Shown one piece after another: positions 1 through 16,520 of a stretch of 64,000 nucleotides of DNA. Both the position numbers and the translations under genes were made by a program. The notes below the pieces were generated by a model. The model did no database searches, was not told the DNA's origin, and saw nothing but the letters and a program-made list of their open reading frames with translations. Each line of letters opens with the position of its first letter. Within the stretch, counting starts at the first letter, position 1. This DNA comes from the human T2T-CHM13v2.0 reference genome, Homo sapiens, in the NCBI RefSeq assembly GCF_009914755.1, contig NC_060928.1, one strand, 5' to 3'.

Positions 1-982
1 CAAAGAGAACAGCAGTTCAATAAAATCTCGAACTCTATTTATAGCCCACTTGAAACAAGCAGTTTCCTTGAAGCCCAAGAAGCCCTCCTTGAGAATGCAG
101 CAAGTAATTTACTAGTCCCAGTACTCACTGGGGAAATAAGAGGGAGGAAATGCAGCAAGTGCATTTTTTCAAGTACTGCACATATAGAAAGCATTTTGTC
201 CTACACTCTGTCCCATTTCACCCTGATGTCACCAGCCAAGGAAGTAGACAAAACAGGCACTAGTAAGAAATCTCTGTTTTATAGATTACAAAACTGACAC
301 CTAGGAGGTTAAATTGCTAATGAACAGTGGTGGTTGGAGAAGGAGGTTAAAAAAAATGTCTAAAGGGTGAGAATAATTTCTTGCTCATGCAATCAATCTA
401 AAATTCAGTTAAGTCATTATTTACCTATTAAAAAATATATACAACTAAGAAGAAATGTTTTGTAAGGCACTTGCAAGATTAAAAATTGTTCCTTCTCCAC
501 TTCTAAGAAGATCAAAATATGAGAAATAAAAACTTAGACTCTACAGGGAAATATTTATTAACACGTTTGTATCTATTTATAATATATACATTCAGAGTGA
601 TTATATTTTTGGCAAGAAATGCCTTCTTGAAGACCCCCAAAATTAAAGTGTGCATGCATAATCGAGACTGATTTTGAAAGATGATAGGAATTTTTATGAG
701 AAATTTAAATTGATTCTGTCAGCTCTGAAATAAATACATCTTTACTATATTTTAATATGGAAGTTTGCATAATTCCAGTATGTATGCAAAATGCAAGACT
801 TTATTATATGAGTTTATGGGCCAGAAATCATTTTGCTCTTAGAATTAATTTGATTTTGGCAAATACTTCAATTTTCTAAGATCCTTCTTTAAGCCCTGTT
901 ACCTGGAAACCTGAAAAAAATAAACAACTTTTGGGCTTGAGAGGGATGTCTGGGCAATTAGAATAGCTACACTGAAGTCTGC

Positions 983-984
<2 letters not shown>

Positions 985-1044
<60 letters not shown>

Positions 1045-1059
1045 AGAGAGAGAGAGAGA
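985..1059. repeat. Compound microsatellite (GT)29-tt-(AG)7
   Basis: Pure GT run at 985-1042 followed by an AG run; directly visible. Confidence 0.98.
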
Positions 1060-1282
1060 TTATTGCTTAAACAGTGCCCCTGGGTTGGTTGCTTGGCTTG
1101 GTGCCATTTGGGATTCTCAGATTTTATTGTCCCAGCTCTGATTTACGGAGTTCAGAATCTCGAAAGGCAAGGTGTCTGGAGTTTAGGGTCTTTCCATGAC
1201 AGCCCCTCCTCTTCCCTGTACACTCCTTTTGCTTGTGGTCACCTTGTGGTGACCTTGCAGGACTCAGCGTTTTTACCTGAGC

Positions 1283-1500
1283 TCAGTAGCTGGGGAGCCC
1301 ACTAGTGCTGGGGAGCGAGCCGTGGTTTCCATTCCTGGGTGATGGAGTCATGGGAGAAACTGCAGTGAGCAAACACAGTAGGACCTGAGTTGGGCTCGAA
1401 TGTGCTTTAAGCGACTCAGGACAGAGCAGCTGCTCTGTCTCCCAGCTTGCAAGTGCAGCCTGCATTTGTCACTGACCACTGAAGTGTATGTTTGTGCAAG
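1283..1500 (+). other. Candidate first/alternative exon ending in a strong 5' splice site (start coordinate approximate)
   Basis: Non-repeat, locally GC-richer stretch ending AAG|GTGAGA at 1500/1501. ATGs at 1400 (open to the donor, MCFKRLRTEQ...) and 1488 (MFVQ, phase 1). Inference only. Confidence 0.35.
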
Positions 1501-4500
1501 GTGAGAGCTGGGTGCTTTGTTCTTAATTTGGAGACAAATTGCCAGGTATTGTTGTTGATTGTGTTTAATAATTTGGGGATATTTATATCACCACAAATTC
1601 AGGACCTAGACTGTGTGCGGTTTTATTTATACCCTTGTTTTCTGTCATGATCCATTCAGCTCTCCACGGTGTCTACATTGTGGCAACAGATTGGACATAG
1701 TGCTGTTCTTCCACGCTGAAATGTGATCGTTATAGTGCAGTGTTTCTTGGATTCTTTCGTTAATCGCTGCTGCCACATGATGTATCTGTTCATATACAGA
1801 ATTCCAGTGCTAATTTGAAGGAATATAAAAACTGCTTCCGATAAAAATCTAAATTGCTATATTTGTTTAGTGCTTGCTGTGGTGTATTCTTTGCTTTACC
1901 CACATTTTAGTGGTTGAAACTTTGAGAGAGTAGAGTGCCTTAGGATTTGATCTGTTGACAAAAGCAGTGGGAGTTTTTTGTGTAATTGCTTGTCAAAATG
2001 AAAACAACTACTTGGCCATTTGTGTGTGTCTGCGTGTGTGTGTTTTTTTTTTTTTTAAAAGCCAAAAGAAAACCAAATAATACGTGCTATCTTTTGATGT
2101 ACTTACAATTAACTTAATCAACCTATAAAGCTTTTGTTATCCGCATATTTGAATTTTGTAACCTTACATTCTGTGTACACAGGACAATACAACTGCTATG
2201 TAAGCTTGTAGAAGTACATGGGAACGCAGAGTATTACTCACTATGAGTCTGTTACAATAGGAATTAAAATCATGCTCTTGGGTTAACAGACCTTAATCGT
2301 GGGTCAGTTTTGTATGTTGGCTACTTAAGTGAACCCATAAACTATAAAAAGGAGATACTTTTTAAATATCTAAATAAATATATAGGAGGTTTATATTTCT
2401 GAGACTCGTATTTGAGAAAAGGGAAAAGTATAGGAATTTGGTACTGTGTAAGTAGAAGAAGAAAAAGAATATCAGATTTTAAAATGAAAAAGAAGATAAT
2501 ACATTGAAATGAGGAATAATTATGAGGGAATACCAAAAAATTACTCTAACTGCTCAAATTTTTATGTCTAATGAAAGAACAATAGCATACTTAAAAAATT
2601 TAGAGTCAGCAGAAATGAAGCCAAGAACAAGAATTCTTAATAAAACATGTCAACCTGTGGAATGTACTTGTCAGTTTTAATTAATTTGGATTCTGTTGCT
2701 GAGATTAATAAAATGAGAAGGAAAAAAGGAAATTTAAATTTTTTATTTAAAATTGATATCCATTTTGATAGACTTTAAAAACTAATGAAGTAAAATAAAT
2801 TTTATTAAAAGGCAGTGAACATTAAAATTATTCAAAACAATTAACAAAGAACATATAATATTAAAATTATCTGTCCCACTTTTAAAGTATGTCAGTTTTG
2901 AAAGAAGATTCTAATACTGTAAACTAGATCGTCACCTGTTCCTACATGCATGTGGAATGCCAAGTTCCTGGGACACTCTCTTCATGGTTCCTTGCTTTCA
3001 GACTCTATGTAAGAGCACTGTGGTATGCTGAGCAGAAACACCTGACTCTAACACTGTAATGCTTTCTATGTGAGTTAAGAAAAAGTTTCATTTCACAGAT
3101 GTGGAACTTGAGGTGTACAAAGAATTGATGATTGGCATTTCTATATGGGAACCTGTACTATATTGGCTTTTCATGATGTAAAATTTGGCTGCTTCTTGAA
3201 AAGAGTTTAACATGACTATCACCATGACTGAAAAGATGTACAGGAAGGCCTTGTGTAACTGTTTTATCAACACAAGAGTATTCATCCCTCTGTGAGGACT
3301 ACAGTCTTGTATGTTCAGATGTGGCATCCATGTGAACCCATGGTCAGCTTCTATGTTGAAACACTAGAAAGTAAGTCACCTATTTGATGAATCATAATCA
3401 GTGTATACAGCCAAGAAAAGCCTTTAATAGTGTCTGTGTTTGTTCTTTAGATAACTAGCTTACCTCAACATGCAAAGAGGTTTAAAAAGGTTTAGAGAAT
3501 TTAGGTACTGACCTCAGAGCACATGCCAGTCTGTTCAAACACATTTACTTCTATGCAATTAAGTTCTCCTAGTTAAGGGGAAAGATTAGCCTTTATTTAC
3601 ATATTTGATAAATATCTCTAATTTTCTAAAATGCTTAAACTCCCTAACACATTGTGTCCTTGCTTTCTTCCTTCTTTCAGCTTTACACTTTTCTTCTAGA
3701 CTATAAACTCACTAAGTTCTTCATTTGCTGAACCTTCTTTCTTTCTACACCTTGGGCAAGGAAGCAGTTTTGATGTATCCCTTGGGACCAGGGAAAATCC
3801 TACTTCCCTTGAAATCAAGAGATTACTGCCCACTCTCTGAGCAGAAAATGGGAGAGTGAGTGGGAAAGAATGAGATTAGTGGCTACCAGGCAGCAAGGGC
3901 CACTGTGTCCATCGTGCCTAGCATTTCTGCTATTCCTACTTTTTTAATCCATCTAGTCCGTTGCTAGGCTTGGGAACCTACCTCAACAATTGTTTATACA
4001 TACCGACATAGTTACACTTCTACAAAGGCCTTTGGTAAACTGACAGTAAATATGACTTTTAGCTTATGGGATTGGCTTACAGCACTATCCGTCATTTGTA
4101 TGTCTCTTTACCTTGGCCACTAAGTTCTATTTTGCCTACTAACTCTTCCCAAAGCAGTATAGATTCAGATAATATAATGGGCACTCACACAACTTTTAAC
4201 TACTATTACTTCTAGATTCCTTAAATTAGGCCTCGGTTTTTTGGAGAGAAGAAACCTGGAGAGCAGGGTACGTGATGTGATTATTTCTCTGGTAGATTAG
4301 TCCTGAGACCACAGTGTTCTGACAGTCACTGGGCTCCTCAGTGGACCGCTGGCTATAAGGACTTGGGAGCTGGAGTAGGAGCAGATGGCAGCAGGTGATT
4401 CTCCGTTGGAAACAGGGAGTATAAACATTTTCTGCAAGTCTGCTCAAGAGCCCTGCCTCATTTATCTTGAATGCAGTGTGTCTTCTAAGGAAATAAAATA

Positions 4501-5077
4501 AATACAGCCTGGTTGCTGGAATATGACTGCCTGTCATTCTTGGCCCCTGCCACAGGAGGTACCCACTAAAGTCATTATATCAAATACATATATAATTCCT
4601 GCTATTTAAACATTTAAGTTATTTCCATTATGCTAGGGAAGACCTCAAATCGGATTCTAATATCTACCTATGTTCCCTTCAATAGCCACCCATCATCATA
4701 AATAATAAATAATTTTTAAAAACACTGATGACCAATACAACATAAACTCTTTACACATTAAGAGCCCCAAAATTCTTTTCAATACGTAATTCAAATAATC
4801 AGTAAGACAATGTAATTACAACTTCCAACTATTTCTAATGGGCAAGGAACCATCAATAAAAATTATTGCAAAGTTTCCTATTTATAGGCATATTTGACCT
4901 TAAGGGAATTTTAAAGAACACTACTCCAATATATTAAAATCAATAAAAAGAGAGACTTTTACATTTTAATATTTTTAAAGATTGGCATGCTTTAAATATT
5001 TTTATGATAAAGTATAAAACCAACTGGAGTGTGTTCCTTCTCCAACTCTTATTCTTATACAATGGGCTTTCATTTGA

Positions 5078-5441
<364 letters not shown>

Positions 5442-5517
5442 GTCTCCTTTTCCTTTTCCTGCTAAGTCTGTGTAAGAACTGTATTTTTAAACGTAGGTTT
5501 TATTATTTTTCAGGAAT

Positions 5518-6033
5518 TGTGGGGCCAATAGATTAGGAGGTGATTGTTATTGAAGAGATAGTTTGTCACTCTCAAGTTCCCAAGAAGAGAGGGGCAGGCC
5601 ACATGCAGGGGCCATACAGGGAAGCACCAGGGTCAGTCAGGGGCAGAGGGAGCCAAAAGAAAACAGGAGCAAGAGCCTTTTGTGTTTTCCGTGGGCGGGA
5701 ACAAATAAGGCAGGGTGAGAAGGCTTGGGATTAGCTAGTTTGTATAATTCCGGTGGTCTCAGTGGTGTAGGGGTTGTCTCTAGTTGTCTAATACCTGGCC
5801 CTGGAGTGATTTGAGCAGAAGGATAGTGGCCCAGAGCATGAGAGCCTGATAGAGGAGGTGGTTGAGGTATGGGCTCTGGATTCGTTGGTTTGCATGTGAA
5901 AACACACTGCCAGGTGGGTCTTTTACTATTATTAGGCATTGAGTAGCCCTGGAAGGGGCAGTCTCTTCAGGCCCACAAGGCCTCAGATGACAAATCATCA
6001 GAAATACAAAAATAAAAAGGCATGATTAATGCA
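5518..6033 (-). mobile_element. Solo LTR, ERVL class (MER54/MER74-like)
   Basis: Minus strand starts TGCATTAATCATGCCTTTTTATTTT and contains CAAACCAACGAATCCAGAGCCCATACC; TG...CA termini. Subfamily from memory. Confidence 0.7.
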
Positions 6034-8800
6034 GATTAACACACCAAACAGGAATAGACTACTTAGTATCATTTTGCCATGTGCGGTGTTCAATGGGTTA
6101 GTCCATTGTGGACAACCCTCTCTTAACACCAAATATACCCCATTAACTTAGGCAGAACTTTAAAATGGTGGGAGAAGGATGAATGAGTCAATAAGAAGTA
6201 GTAGGTACCGGTACAACTATGTAGCCATTTAGAAAAAAAGTACCACCAAAATAAATTCTAAAATGTTTGAAGGTTTAGGTGTAAAGTATGAAATTATCAG
6301 CATGCTAGAAGGCTTTGGTGTGCTTACATGCACAGGGGCGATGCTATCACCACCATGCCACTGAGTTGTCATGGGCAGGGGTAGAAATAGTGTCCTGCTG
6401 CTTGAGGGGTACCTGGGCATGGCAGTTACCATAGCAGAATAGAGGTGTCCGAGGTGGGCCTTTCTCTGTACCATCTACCCCAGTGTTCTCTATGTGTTTC
6501 AGGCTCCCAGGCTTCAGAGAGGAAGGAAAGCAAAGAAGGTATATATGTCAATCACTAATTTATTTTATAATTCCAAATTGATGCCTGTGTTTTATGCTGG
6601 GGCCGGACAAGTGTTAGGAAAATATTGTAGACTGATTTCTTGTTCTTAACTGTCCTGATTCCTAAATCTGATACTTGATTGAGGCCTCAAAGTACCATCA
6701 CTCTCTCTGGTATCTGCAGATTTCTGATCTCTGACTTCCATTGATATGACAATGGAATGACACACTGTCAGCTATGTGCTGGCCCTTTGAAGTTGCTATC
6801 GGAATAGACTGAACTGATTCAAAAAGCTATCTATCAAGAGGTATGTGCTTGGTGGGGAGGAGACAGCTTCAATTGGAAAGGTTTTTCTTTAGGTCTCTGG
6901 ATTTTTTTTTCTATTTTACTTCCTGTTCCTCTAGTTAATTTCTTTATCCTGGGATTCCTCCCCTCCCATGACCTCCCGTACTGTTTCACACTATCCTCTG
7001 ACCTGGGGAAAAAAAAAACAACAACAACACTTGTGTCATTCACGCTAAGTTTCTCAGACTGGCAGGCTGTTTAGAGCATGTGCAGTGTTCTAGCAACAGA
7101 TTAAGGCAAATCTACAGAACTTCAAAAGCCTGAAGGCTTTGAAAAATTGCAAAGGACTACCCAGTTATATTTGGAATTTCTGCCTTTTGGATTTGTATTA
7201 GCTAAGAAACCCAGAAAAGTTTTTAAACTTTTAAAATTTAGTGTTAGTAGAAACTTGGAAGGTACAAACAGTTTTCTAAAACAGTCATGAACAATTTAGT
7301 CAAGGTGCTGAGAATGAAGGCCAAATGTGTCTGAAACTTTCAAGTAAGGTATTTATAAGCTCACTAGAAGTCACACAAAAGTGATTTTAAATATCAGAAA
7401 TATTTTACATTAGTTAAGAACACAGGCACTGGGATCAGCTGGATCTGCTTTGAAATCCATGAGCAAGTTGGGAAGGTTATTTAACTTTTGTGAAGCTCAG
7501 TTTTCACATATGTAATATTAGTATAAATCACATATTACGAAGTTTAGCTGAGAAAATATGTATGTATGTATTTGTTTATAGTAGAAGAAATAATCAAAAA
7601 GCTAACCTGTGAATGGAGATATTTTAGCAAATAGGACTATTATTTTGGTGGAGGAGTGAATTTTTTCTAGATCAAGAGGTAGAGAAAGTTGGGGGAAGTT
7701 ATCAGAGAGAATAAAAAGAATTAATGGGAGATACAATAGGATAAATTTGATCATCACAGAATGAAGACCTCATTATCATTATCTGTGACCTTCTTCCATA
7801 GGACCTAACACAATTTCTTCCTCATAGTAGGTCCTTTTTTATGTTAAATAAATGAATGAATAAAAGAAAGAGACACTAACAGTAATCATGAAGGAAAATA
7901 GAGAATTGCATAAAAGAATATTTTAAAACACCTCCAAGACATCCTATCTCAAGTACACTTTGTTGGTCAGATATATCTATAATACTTCACCCATCTCGCC
8001 ACTTGCCCCTGAAAATGAGACAGAAAACTAATAAGAACAGTTCTATTGATTACCCAGTGTATCTGTTACAACATCCCATAAGGAGGATAGAGTGAGAAAC
8101 CAGTGTTCTTTGGACATACTGAGGAATGACACACCTGTCAAAACGGAGAGAAGATCTGTGACGTCCACGTGGTTTCTGGAAGAAGTCAAAGGGTGAACAG
8201 AGAGCCCAAACTGAAAAGACCATTAATCTTAAAGAAATGCCAGGATGGGATGAAGGCCTCAATCTAGAGTTGCTTTTACTATTTGGGAAGGGACAAATAT
8301 TTATAGTCCTTTGCTCTATGGAATGTTTTGTTTCCCCAAGCCTTGCCCATTAATTGCCAATCACTCCTCCATTTATGCGAAAACCCAAACACTCCTGCAC
8401 TTTTCAAATATCTCCAAGGGAGTGGTTCCCAAGTAAAGAATACTGAGAGTATAAAAAGTAGATTGAACCATATTTAGAAGTGTAATGACTAAGTATCAGA
8501 ATAAAAAAACTTCACTCCTTGGCTTTCATGGATCTCATAAGCATATATTTTACTCTTTTGAAGTGAAAGCAAATACCTTGTTAGTAGCTTGTCATTTTTC
8601 CGAGGAGTGTGTTTGAATCATGTTTGCTGTCAGTCTGATTTGGAAAGACCCATCACTTAGCTAGTGAGTGAGATTAGCATACCTCATTCTTGCCGACACC
8701 CTTTCAAGTAAGTCTATGCAGGCTTGTTTTTCTCTTCTTGTATTCATTGCAAACCTAGTAACTCGCACAATGTAATTTAAAAAAAAAAAAGCAAACTTTG

Positions 8801-9126
<326 letters not shown>

Positions 9127-9185
9127 CTAAAAAGGAAAGCAATTTGTACGGCTGCTAATGAGGTGGAAAGGATGTGAAGCGATAG

Positions 9186-9512
<327 letters not shown>

Positions 9513-9789
9513 TAAGAACAGTTTTGGATAAATTATGGAATTCAGACTTGGCAGTGCTGGCAATCTATGACAGCATGTCATTATTGACACCTGCAGTGAC
9601 AGTAGGAGCAATGCAAGCTTTGGTCCTAAGAAACATGACCTCCATCTTTTGTTGTTACCTTATCTGGGTATGGGATGTTGTGTTCACATTCCTCAGGTTG
9701 TGTTAAGTTTTGTGGTACACCAAACATTTCTGTGTGTGTCACAGAGTAGGAGAATGAAGTGTCAGGGAAATGTCCTTGATAACAGTACC

Positions 9790-10212
9790 TGTATTACTTT
9801 CTCAAAACTGCTGTAACAAAGTTTCACAAATGGGTGGTTTAAACAACAAAAATTTCCTGCCTCACAGTTCTGGAAGCCATAAATGTAAAATCAAGGTGTT
9901 AGCAGGTTGATGCTGCCTCTGAAGACACTACAGAAGGTCTGTTCTCGGTCTTTCTCCTACCTTCTGATAGACTCAGGAGTTTCTTAGCTTGTAGATGCCT
10001 GTCTTCCTATGTTTCTCAACATCACCTTCCCTCTGTGCATATCTATCACTGTGTCCCTATTTCCCCTTTTTATGAGGACACCAGTCATATTGGATTAGGG
10101 ACTACCACTTTGACCTGTAAAGACCCTATTTCCAAATATGACCACATTCTGAGATACTGGAGGTTAGGACTTCAACATATCTTTCCTGAGGAACATAATT
10201 CAACCCCTAGCA
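9790..10212 (-). mobile_element. Solo LTR, ERVL-MaLR (MLT1B/C-like)
   Basis: Typical MLT1 motifs (CTCACAGTTCTGGAAG, GGACACCAGTCATATTGGATTAGGG, CCCTATTTCCAAATA, GTTAGGACTTCAACATAT); TG...CA ends. Confidence 0.88.
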
Positions 10213-10291
10213 TTGGCTCAGAAGAAATAATAGTAATGGGAGAACCCAAGAAAATTCAGAGTCCAGGACTGGCCTCAGTATTATATTACCT

Positions 10292-10456
10292 CCATGCTAT
10301 TCGAAGTGTGGTCAGTGACTAGCAGCATCAGTATCCTGTCAGCGCTGGTAAGAAATGCAGAGTCTCAAGCCTCTTCTAGACCTCCTGCATCAGAATCTGC
10401 ATTTTAACCTAGATCCCCAGATGTTTTGTTTGTACATTAAAGTTTCAGAAGAGCTG
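10292..10456. mobile_element. MER5-family hAT-Charlie non-autonomous DNA transposon
   Basis: AAGTGTGGTC..GCAGCATCAG..AGAAATGCAGA..TCAGAATCTGCATTTTAAC..GATCCCCAG..CATTAAAGTTT motif order. Confidence 0.82.
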
Positions 10457-11569
10457 TTCCAACTCACAGAGTAGAAGCCCAATTCTCAAATGCCAAAAAG
10501 GAGGGGGAAAAAGGACTGTGCTGATGTGCAGGGACTCCCTAAATATGTGCACATAGCAAGTATGGGGTCATCATTCTAGCCCAGCTGTGACATATTTATT
10601 CCTAAAGGTAATATTTATCTCTGAAAGTTTTAGGAGTTAAGTGTTGATGACTATTTATTCCCTTGCTGTAGAGCATCCCTTAGGAGTGAACTCAGAAGAT
10701 CATTAGGCAGAGATAGCTCAAATTCTTTTTTCCTACACTTGCTTTGATTCTGTAAGTTGTTTCTTTTCTGCCAACCTGCTCTATAATTTGAGTCAGCCTA
10801 GCTAACTGGGTCATACAATCTAATTCTGAAATAAGGCCTGTCAAGGGAAAACATTTTCCCCAGTAATGGGGAAAAGGTACTTGAATTTCTAACATCATTC
10901 TTTAAGTGATTGAAAATGTCGTGAACTCTTGCTTCACTGACTTCTGCCTCTCCTGCCCCAAGGTCTTTGCACGTCCCTAAAGATGTAATTCAGCTGGAAT
11001 TTGTGGTTGTGGAGTCTATGTTACATGAAGACAAATCGAAAGAGAAAAACAAAAAAAAACAAGCAGCGGAATTAAACTTTGTCCTGGAGTCATCTTGGGC
11101 AAATGCTTATAATAGCAAGGGAACAAATGCAGCTTCCCTAGAGGACTCCGAGGTTGCAGTTCTCATGGGGGTGGGGACTTGAAATGACAAGTGATTATTC
11201 ACAGAAGTAAAATATGCTCAGGAGGAGCCCACTCCCCTAAACTCCAGTGTCAGCAAGCACACCATATGGACTGTATTCCAATCCCAATAAAACTGCCATG
11301 CTGCGGGCAATGTTGTAGGGAAATTTCCCTACGTGGGAATCAATCTTTGTAACTGATAATTAGAGAATTTTAACATTTTTATCATCTTCTCTCGAGTCCT
11401 ATAGTTTAGATTCCTCGATCGGTATTGTATTTCTGCTCTGCTGGCTTTATCTATATGCTAAGTAGTAAAACAAAACCAAACTTTGAAAATGTACTCCCAG
11501 CATCATTTGACTGTCTTGATCGTCCTTTCTGTTAACATTCTTTATTGGGTTCAAATAATGTCTGGAAAA

Positions 11570-11790
11570 AATAGCGAACGTGTGTTATTACTAGGTGCCA
11601 GCCACTCTCCTAAGCATCTACATTACTTATACACTTTTAATTCTCACAACAATGCTATAAACCACAGATGGGAAATTGTGCAGATGAGGAAGTTGAGACA
11701 CAGGTTAAATCGTGACATCAACTAGTGGCAGGGTCAGAATTCAAATCTGATTCCACAGCCTGTGAGCATGACTACTGTGGATACTGCCTC
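11570..11790 (-). mobile_element. MIR SINE relic
   Basis: CAGATGAGGAAGTTGAGACACAG core-like motif and TTCTCACAACAATGCTAT. Confidence 0.7.
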
Positions 11791-11840
11791 TCAAGAGAGA
11801 CATGTAATCATTCTGAATATATCTTTAAAAGGCCAAAATA

Positions 11841-12311
<471 letters not shown>

Positions 12312-12975
12312 CTAAGTCCATCCCTCCCTCCCCCAAGCTAACTTTGCCAAACACCTGCTCTGTTCTTCATTCGCATGGAGGGCCCACCTTGGAAATTTTC
12401 TGCTCTTCCTCTCTTTATTTCTTCCTCCAGCTGCGCTGAGCCCCTCACCTTTATTTGTTGTCATTATGCTGATCAATATTGAGTTCTATCAAAAATCGTA
12501 GCTCAGTTGCCACAACCTGAGCATTGTTCATGGCATTTTCATGAGCAACTAATTACCTTAGATGGCATCTAATAAATGTTTGGCACCTGCTTAATTCCAA
12601 AGGGAAGGGGAAACACAACAATTACAATGAACTAAAAATGGTAGCTATTCTCATTACTTTCAGCAATCATAATAAAACAGAGAAGACTCAATAATAATAA
12701 TTGTATAAATTATTTTAAACATTAAAAAGAGTAATTTGTAAGTATGTGCGGCTTAACATAGCCCTTGCTCCAAAGTACTTTTCTGAAAGAAAGTGTATAT
12801 GCTGATTTAAATATGGATATCAGAGGATAGAGACTTTCTAGTGCTCCTTATTCTCATCTTTTATTAACACTGATCATCCAAACTTGAATTCTTAATAACT
12901 GTTTATGTTCACACAGAACTTCTTTATCAGTTCAGATAAAGCTTTAAACCTGAATATGTCTGGTCATAATTCTAA

Positions 12976-13256
<281 letters not shown>

Positions 13257-13298
13257 TAATATTTTTTAAGAATAAAATAATTTCACTCTGTTGACTAA

Positions 13299-13695
<397 letters not shown>

Positions 13696-14859
13696 TTAAG
13701 TGCCTTTTTTAAGAAACTCAATGGTCTATATTTGGTTGAAGAGAACAGAACAAAACAAAACATAACAAGACATGTGATAGAATAAGCTTAAGTAAACTTT
13801 GATTTAAAAATTACTTAAGAAAACTTATGCCAAGTTCACAATTACTTAAGGAACATAAGGAATCATTTTTCCTGGACTGCATTTTACATCCTGCCTTTAA
13901 GCCCCGGGCTAGTCTAAATAACAGCTATGAAGAAGAGATAAGCTTCAGGGTGCACACTGCGCCCAGGAGCCACAGAAGGTCTGATGAACCATGTGGTCTT
14001 ACGAGCCCAGCATTTTGACTGGTCTGTCCCACTCTACACGTGCCATGTCTCCTTCCGTATTAATTGTTTCATATAATTTGTCTGTCCCTCATAACTGCTG
14101 TGGATCCAGGGTTTTGCTTAGTTAGCAGGATTGGCTCTCATAGCTTTGGTTCTGTATTTTAAAGGGAAGCCCATGAAGTGTGAATACTTTTAGAGATAAA
14201 GACTCTACCTGTGATGGATCAACATTGTTGAAATACAGCCTCTATAAATCAAAATTTAATTAACTTTATTTAGTATTGTGACACAGCTTGTTGGTAATCA
14301 ACCTTAAGTTGTGTTAAAGTTGCCACCTGATCAACAGGAGATCATCTATGGATAAAGGGTATAAGCAGATAGAGCTATATCAATTATGCAATTAGACAGC
14401 TCTTACTAATTTATCAGACGTGAAACTGCTGATCATTTTAGGTATCTTACTTGAATTTAGTCTCTTCTTTTTGAATTTGGTCAATAAAGTGTTACAAACA
14501 CCATATAAATGGAAACATTGAAGTAGGCACCATAATACCTGTTAGAGAAACCATAGAGAAAGTTATTTTGTTTTACTTACCTCAGTTCCATTTTAGACCT
14601 ACCTATTATTATGTTTTAAATGGAATCCAGAAAAACTGCTCAGTAGGCTATTTCCATTTAGCTGCATTTGTACTTTTTCAGAATCTCTTTTTATATTTAT
14701 ATTTTGTTTACTTATTGGGCATATTGCTTTCAGGTCATATTGTGAAGTGAGAAAGCGTACATTCATTATTCTCATTCAAGTGCAGAGCTCAAGAATACTG
14801 ATTGAAAATTGTATAAAATGTGTTAAGAGGAACTTTCTTTACTATCCAGAGCCAGCAGA

Positions 14860-15075
14860 GCACAGTGCTGAAGAGCCCAGATTCAGGAGCTAAACTGTGT
14901 TGATTGTAGTTCCAACTCCATTCTAAACTTATCTTAGATAAGTCATCTAATCGCTTCAATTTCCTCATCTATGAAATGGGAATTGTAGAACTTAACTTAT
15001 AGTGTAATAGTGAGAATTACTTAGAATAGTTTCTGGCTTAAATAAGCCCAATATGTGTATTAGAGATTATTGTTA
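14860..15075 (+). mobile_element. MIR SINE relic
   Basis: TTTCCTCATCTATGAAATGGGAAT core motif. Confidence 0.72.
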
Positions 15076-15819
15076 TCATTATATTTTACTATAGCAGTAG
15101 CTTTGCACATTTGTTTATTTATTTTCATTTGTTTTTAGTGGAATCTTTCTTCAAATGACTTTGTACAAAGGTGTCCAATATTCATAAAGCAGATAAAATC
15201 CAATTTTGCTTGATTGAAATGATGGTGAGAATTGCTGTTTCCAGCCTCATCCAAGTACACCTGTATATAAAACACATTCATGGAGCACATTTTGTTCAGC
15301 AGAGTTATACAGACCTAGGCATCAGCAGGATGCTCCTTGGTGGTCTATAAAATTCATCAGAGAAGTGTATATTCAGTAAGTAGTTTTGAAAATTAAATAA
15401 TAACAATAATAAATAATAGAGTTTATGTACCAGCCACTGGTTGTACCAGCCACTGTTCTAAGCATTCACACACAAGCCCTACTTGGCCTTTTCCCTTTAG
15501 GTAAAAGGAACCAAAATAGCAGAAATGTGCCTCTCAAACTGTTGAATATTTTAGGTATAATTAAGAAGTTATTGCCTGTTGAATTTGTATACTATATGTA
15601 CTGTACTTGAGTGATATAAAAGGGGATAAATATTTACCTATCAAGAGGAAATTTCAGGGTTTCTATTTTGAAATACAGCATAGCTAATACAATCTGGATG
15701 TTCAGTAATGTATTCTTTGCCCCCCCGGCTGAATGGGAAGTAGTAGATGGGAGTTTAAGGCCTTTGTTCACTTTACATGCAAATCCTACTCTCTCTCTCA
15801 ATCATTTCTATGAATTTGG

Positions 15820-16010
15820 AGTGCAGGCATAGGAGTCAAAACACTGGATTCAAATCCTAACCTGCCACTTTCTGCCTGGGTGATGCTGGACAAGTTACTT
15901 TACCTGTTTCTTAGTGGTCGCTTCTACAGATTGGAGGGAGCAGTATTATGTGTATCATAGTACTGTGGTCAGAAATAAACAGTGTAAAACATTTTTATTG
16001 TTGTTATTAC
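15820..16010 (+). mobile_element. MIR SINE relic
   Basis: GGAGTCAAAACACTGGATTCAAATCC..TGCCACTT..GGACAAGTTACTT. Confidence 0.7.
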
Positions 16011-16329
16011 AGGACAATAAATGAAGTCTTCCAGGTCCATGAAATATACAAAACATTACAAAAGTGCCACTTTACCTCAATCTGGACTCATAAAATGAGG
16101 AGCGATAAAGAAAACAACTTAATTATTCCGTGGTCATGAATTCGGCTTATTGAGAGAACTGGCAGGGCACATTATACACACGTCAGCTGTGGCAAAAATT
16201 AGTCAACATTGTTTGTAGAAAGCCTGTGATGTCTGCATTACCAGCTGTCTGGAAAAAGGAGAACATAGCTTCCTTTTTTCTGCTTAATGTGGTCTGCCAG
16301 CCAGCTGGCACTAGGGGAAGAGGAAGGGA

Positions 16330-16520
16330 GCTCATGTTTATTGAACGTCTACTCTGTGCCAAATGCATCGTGTAAGTTGTCTCATTTGATCCTCCCACTT
16401 TGATGGTGGGGTGGTATCAGTAACCCTGATGAACACATGGGAGACTGAGACTTAGCGAGGTCAATTAACCCAGCCAAGAACCTACCGGTAGTAAATGAGA
16501 TTCTGACTCAAAGGGCAGTC
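16330..16520 (-). mobile_element. MIR SINE relic
   Basis: TTTATTGAACGTCTACTCTGTGCCA..TCTCATTTGATCCTC..GAGACTGAGACTTAGCGAGG. Confidence 0.7.

Noticed and set aside
985-1305. 106-aa ORF MCVCVCV...
   Set aside because: Translation of a GT/AG microsatellite from a non-ATG start; no coding evidence.
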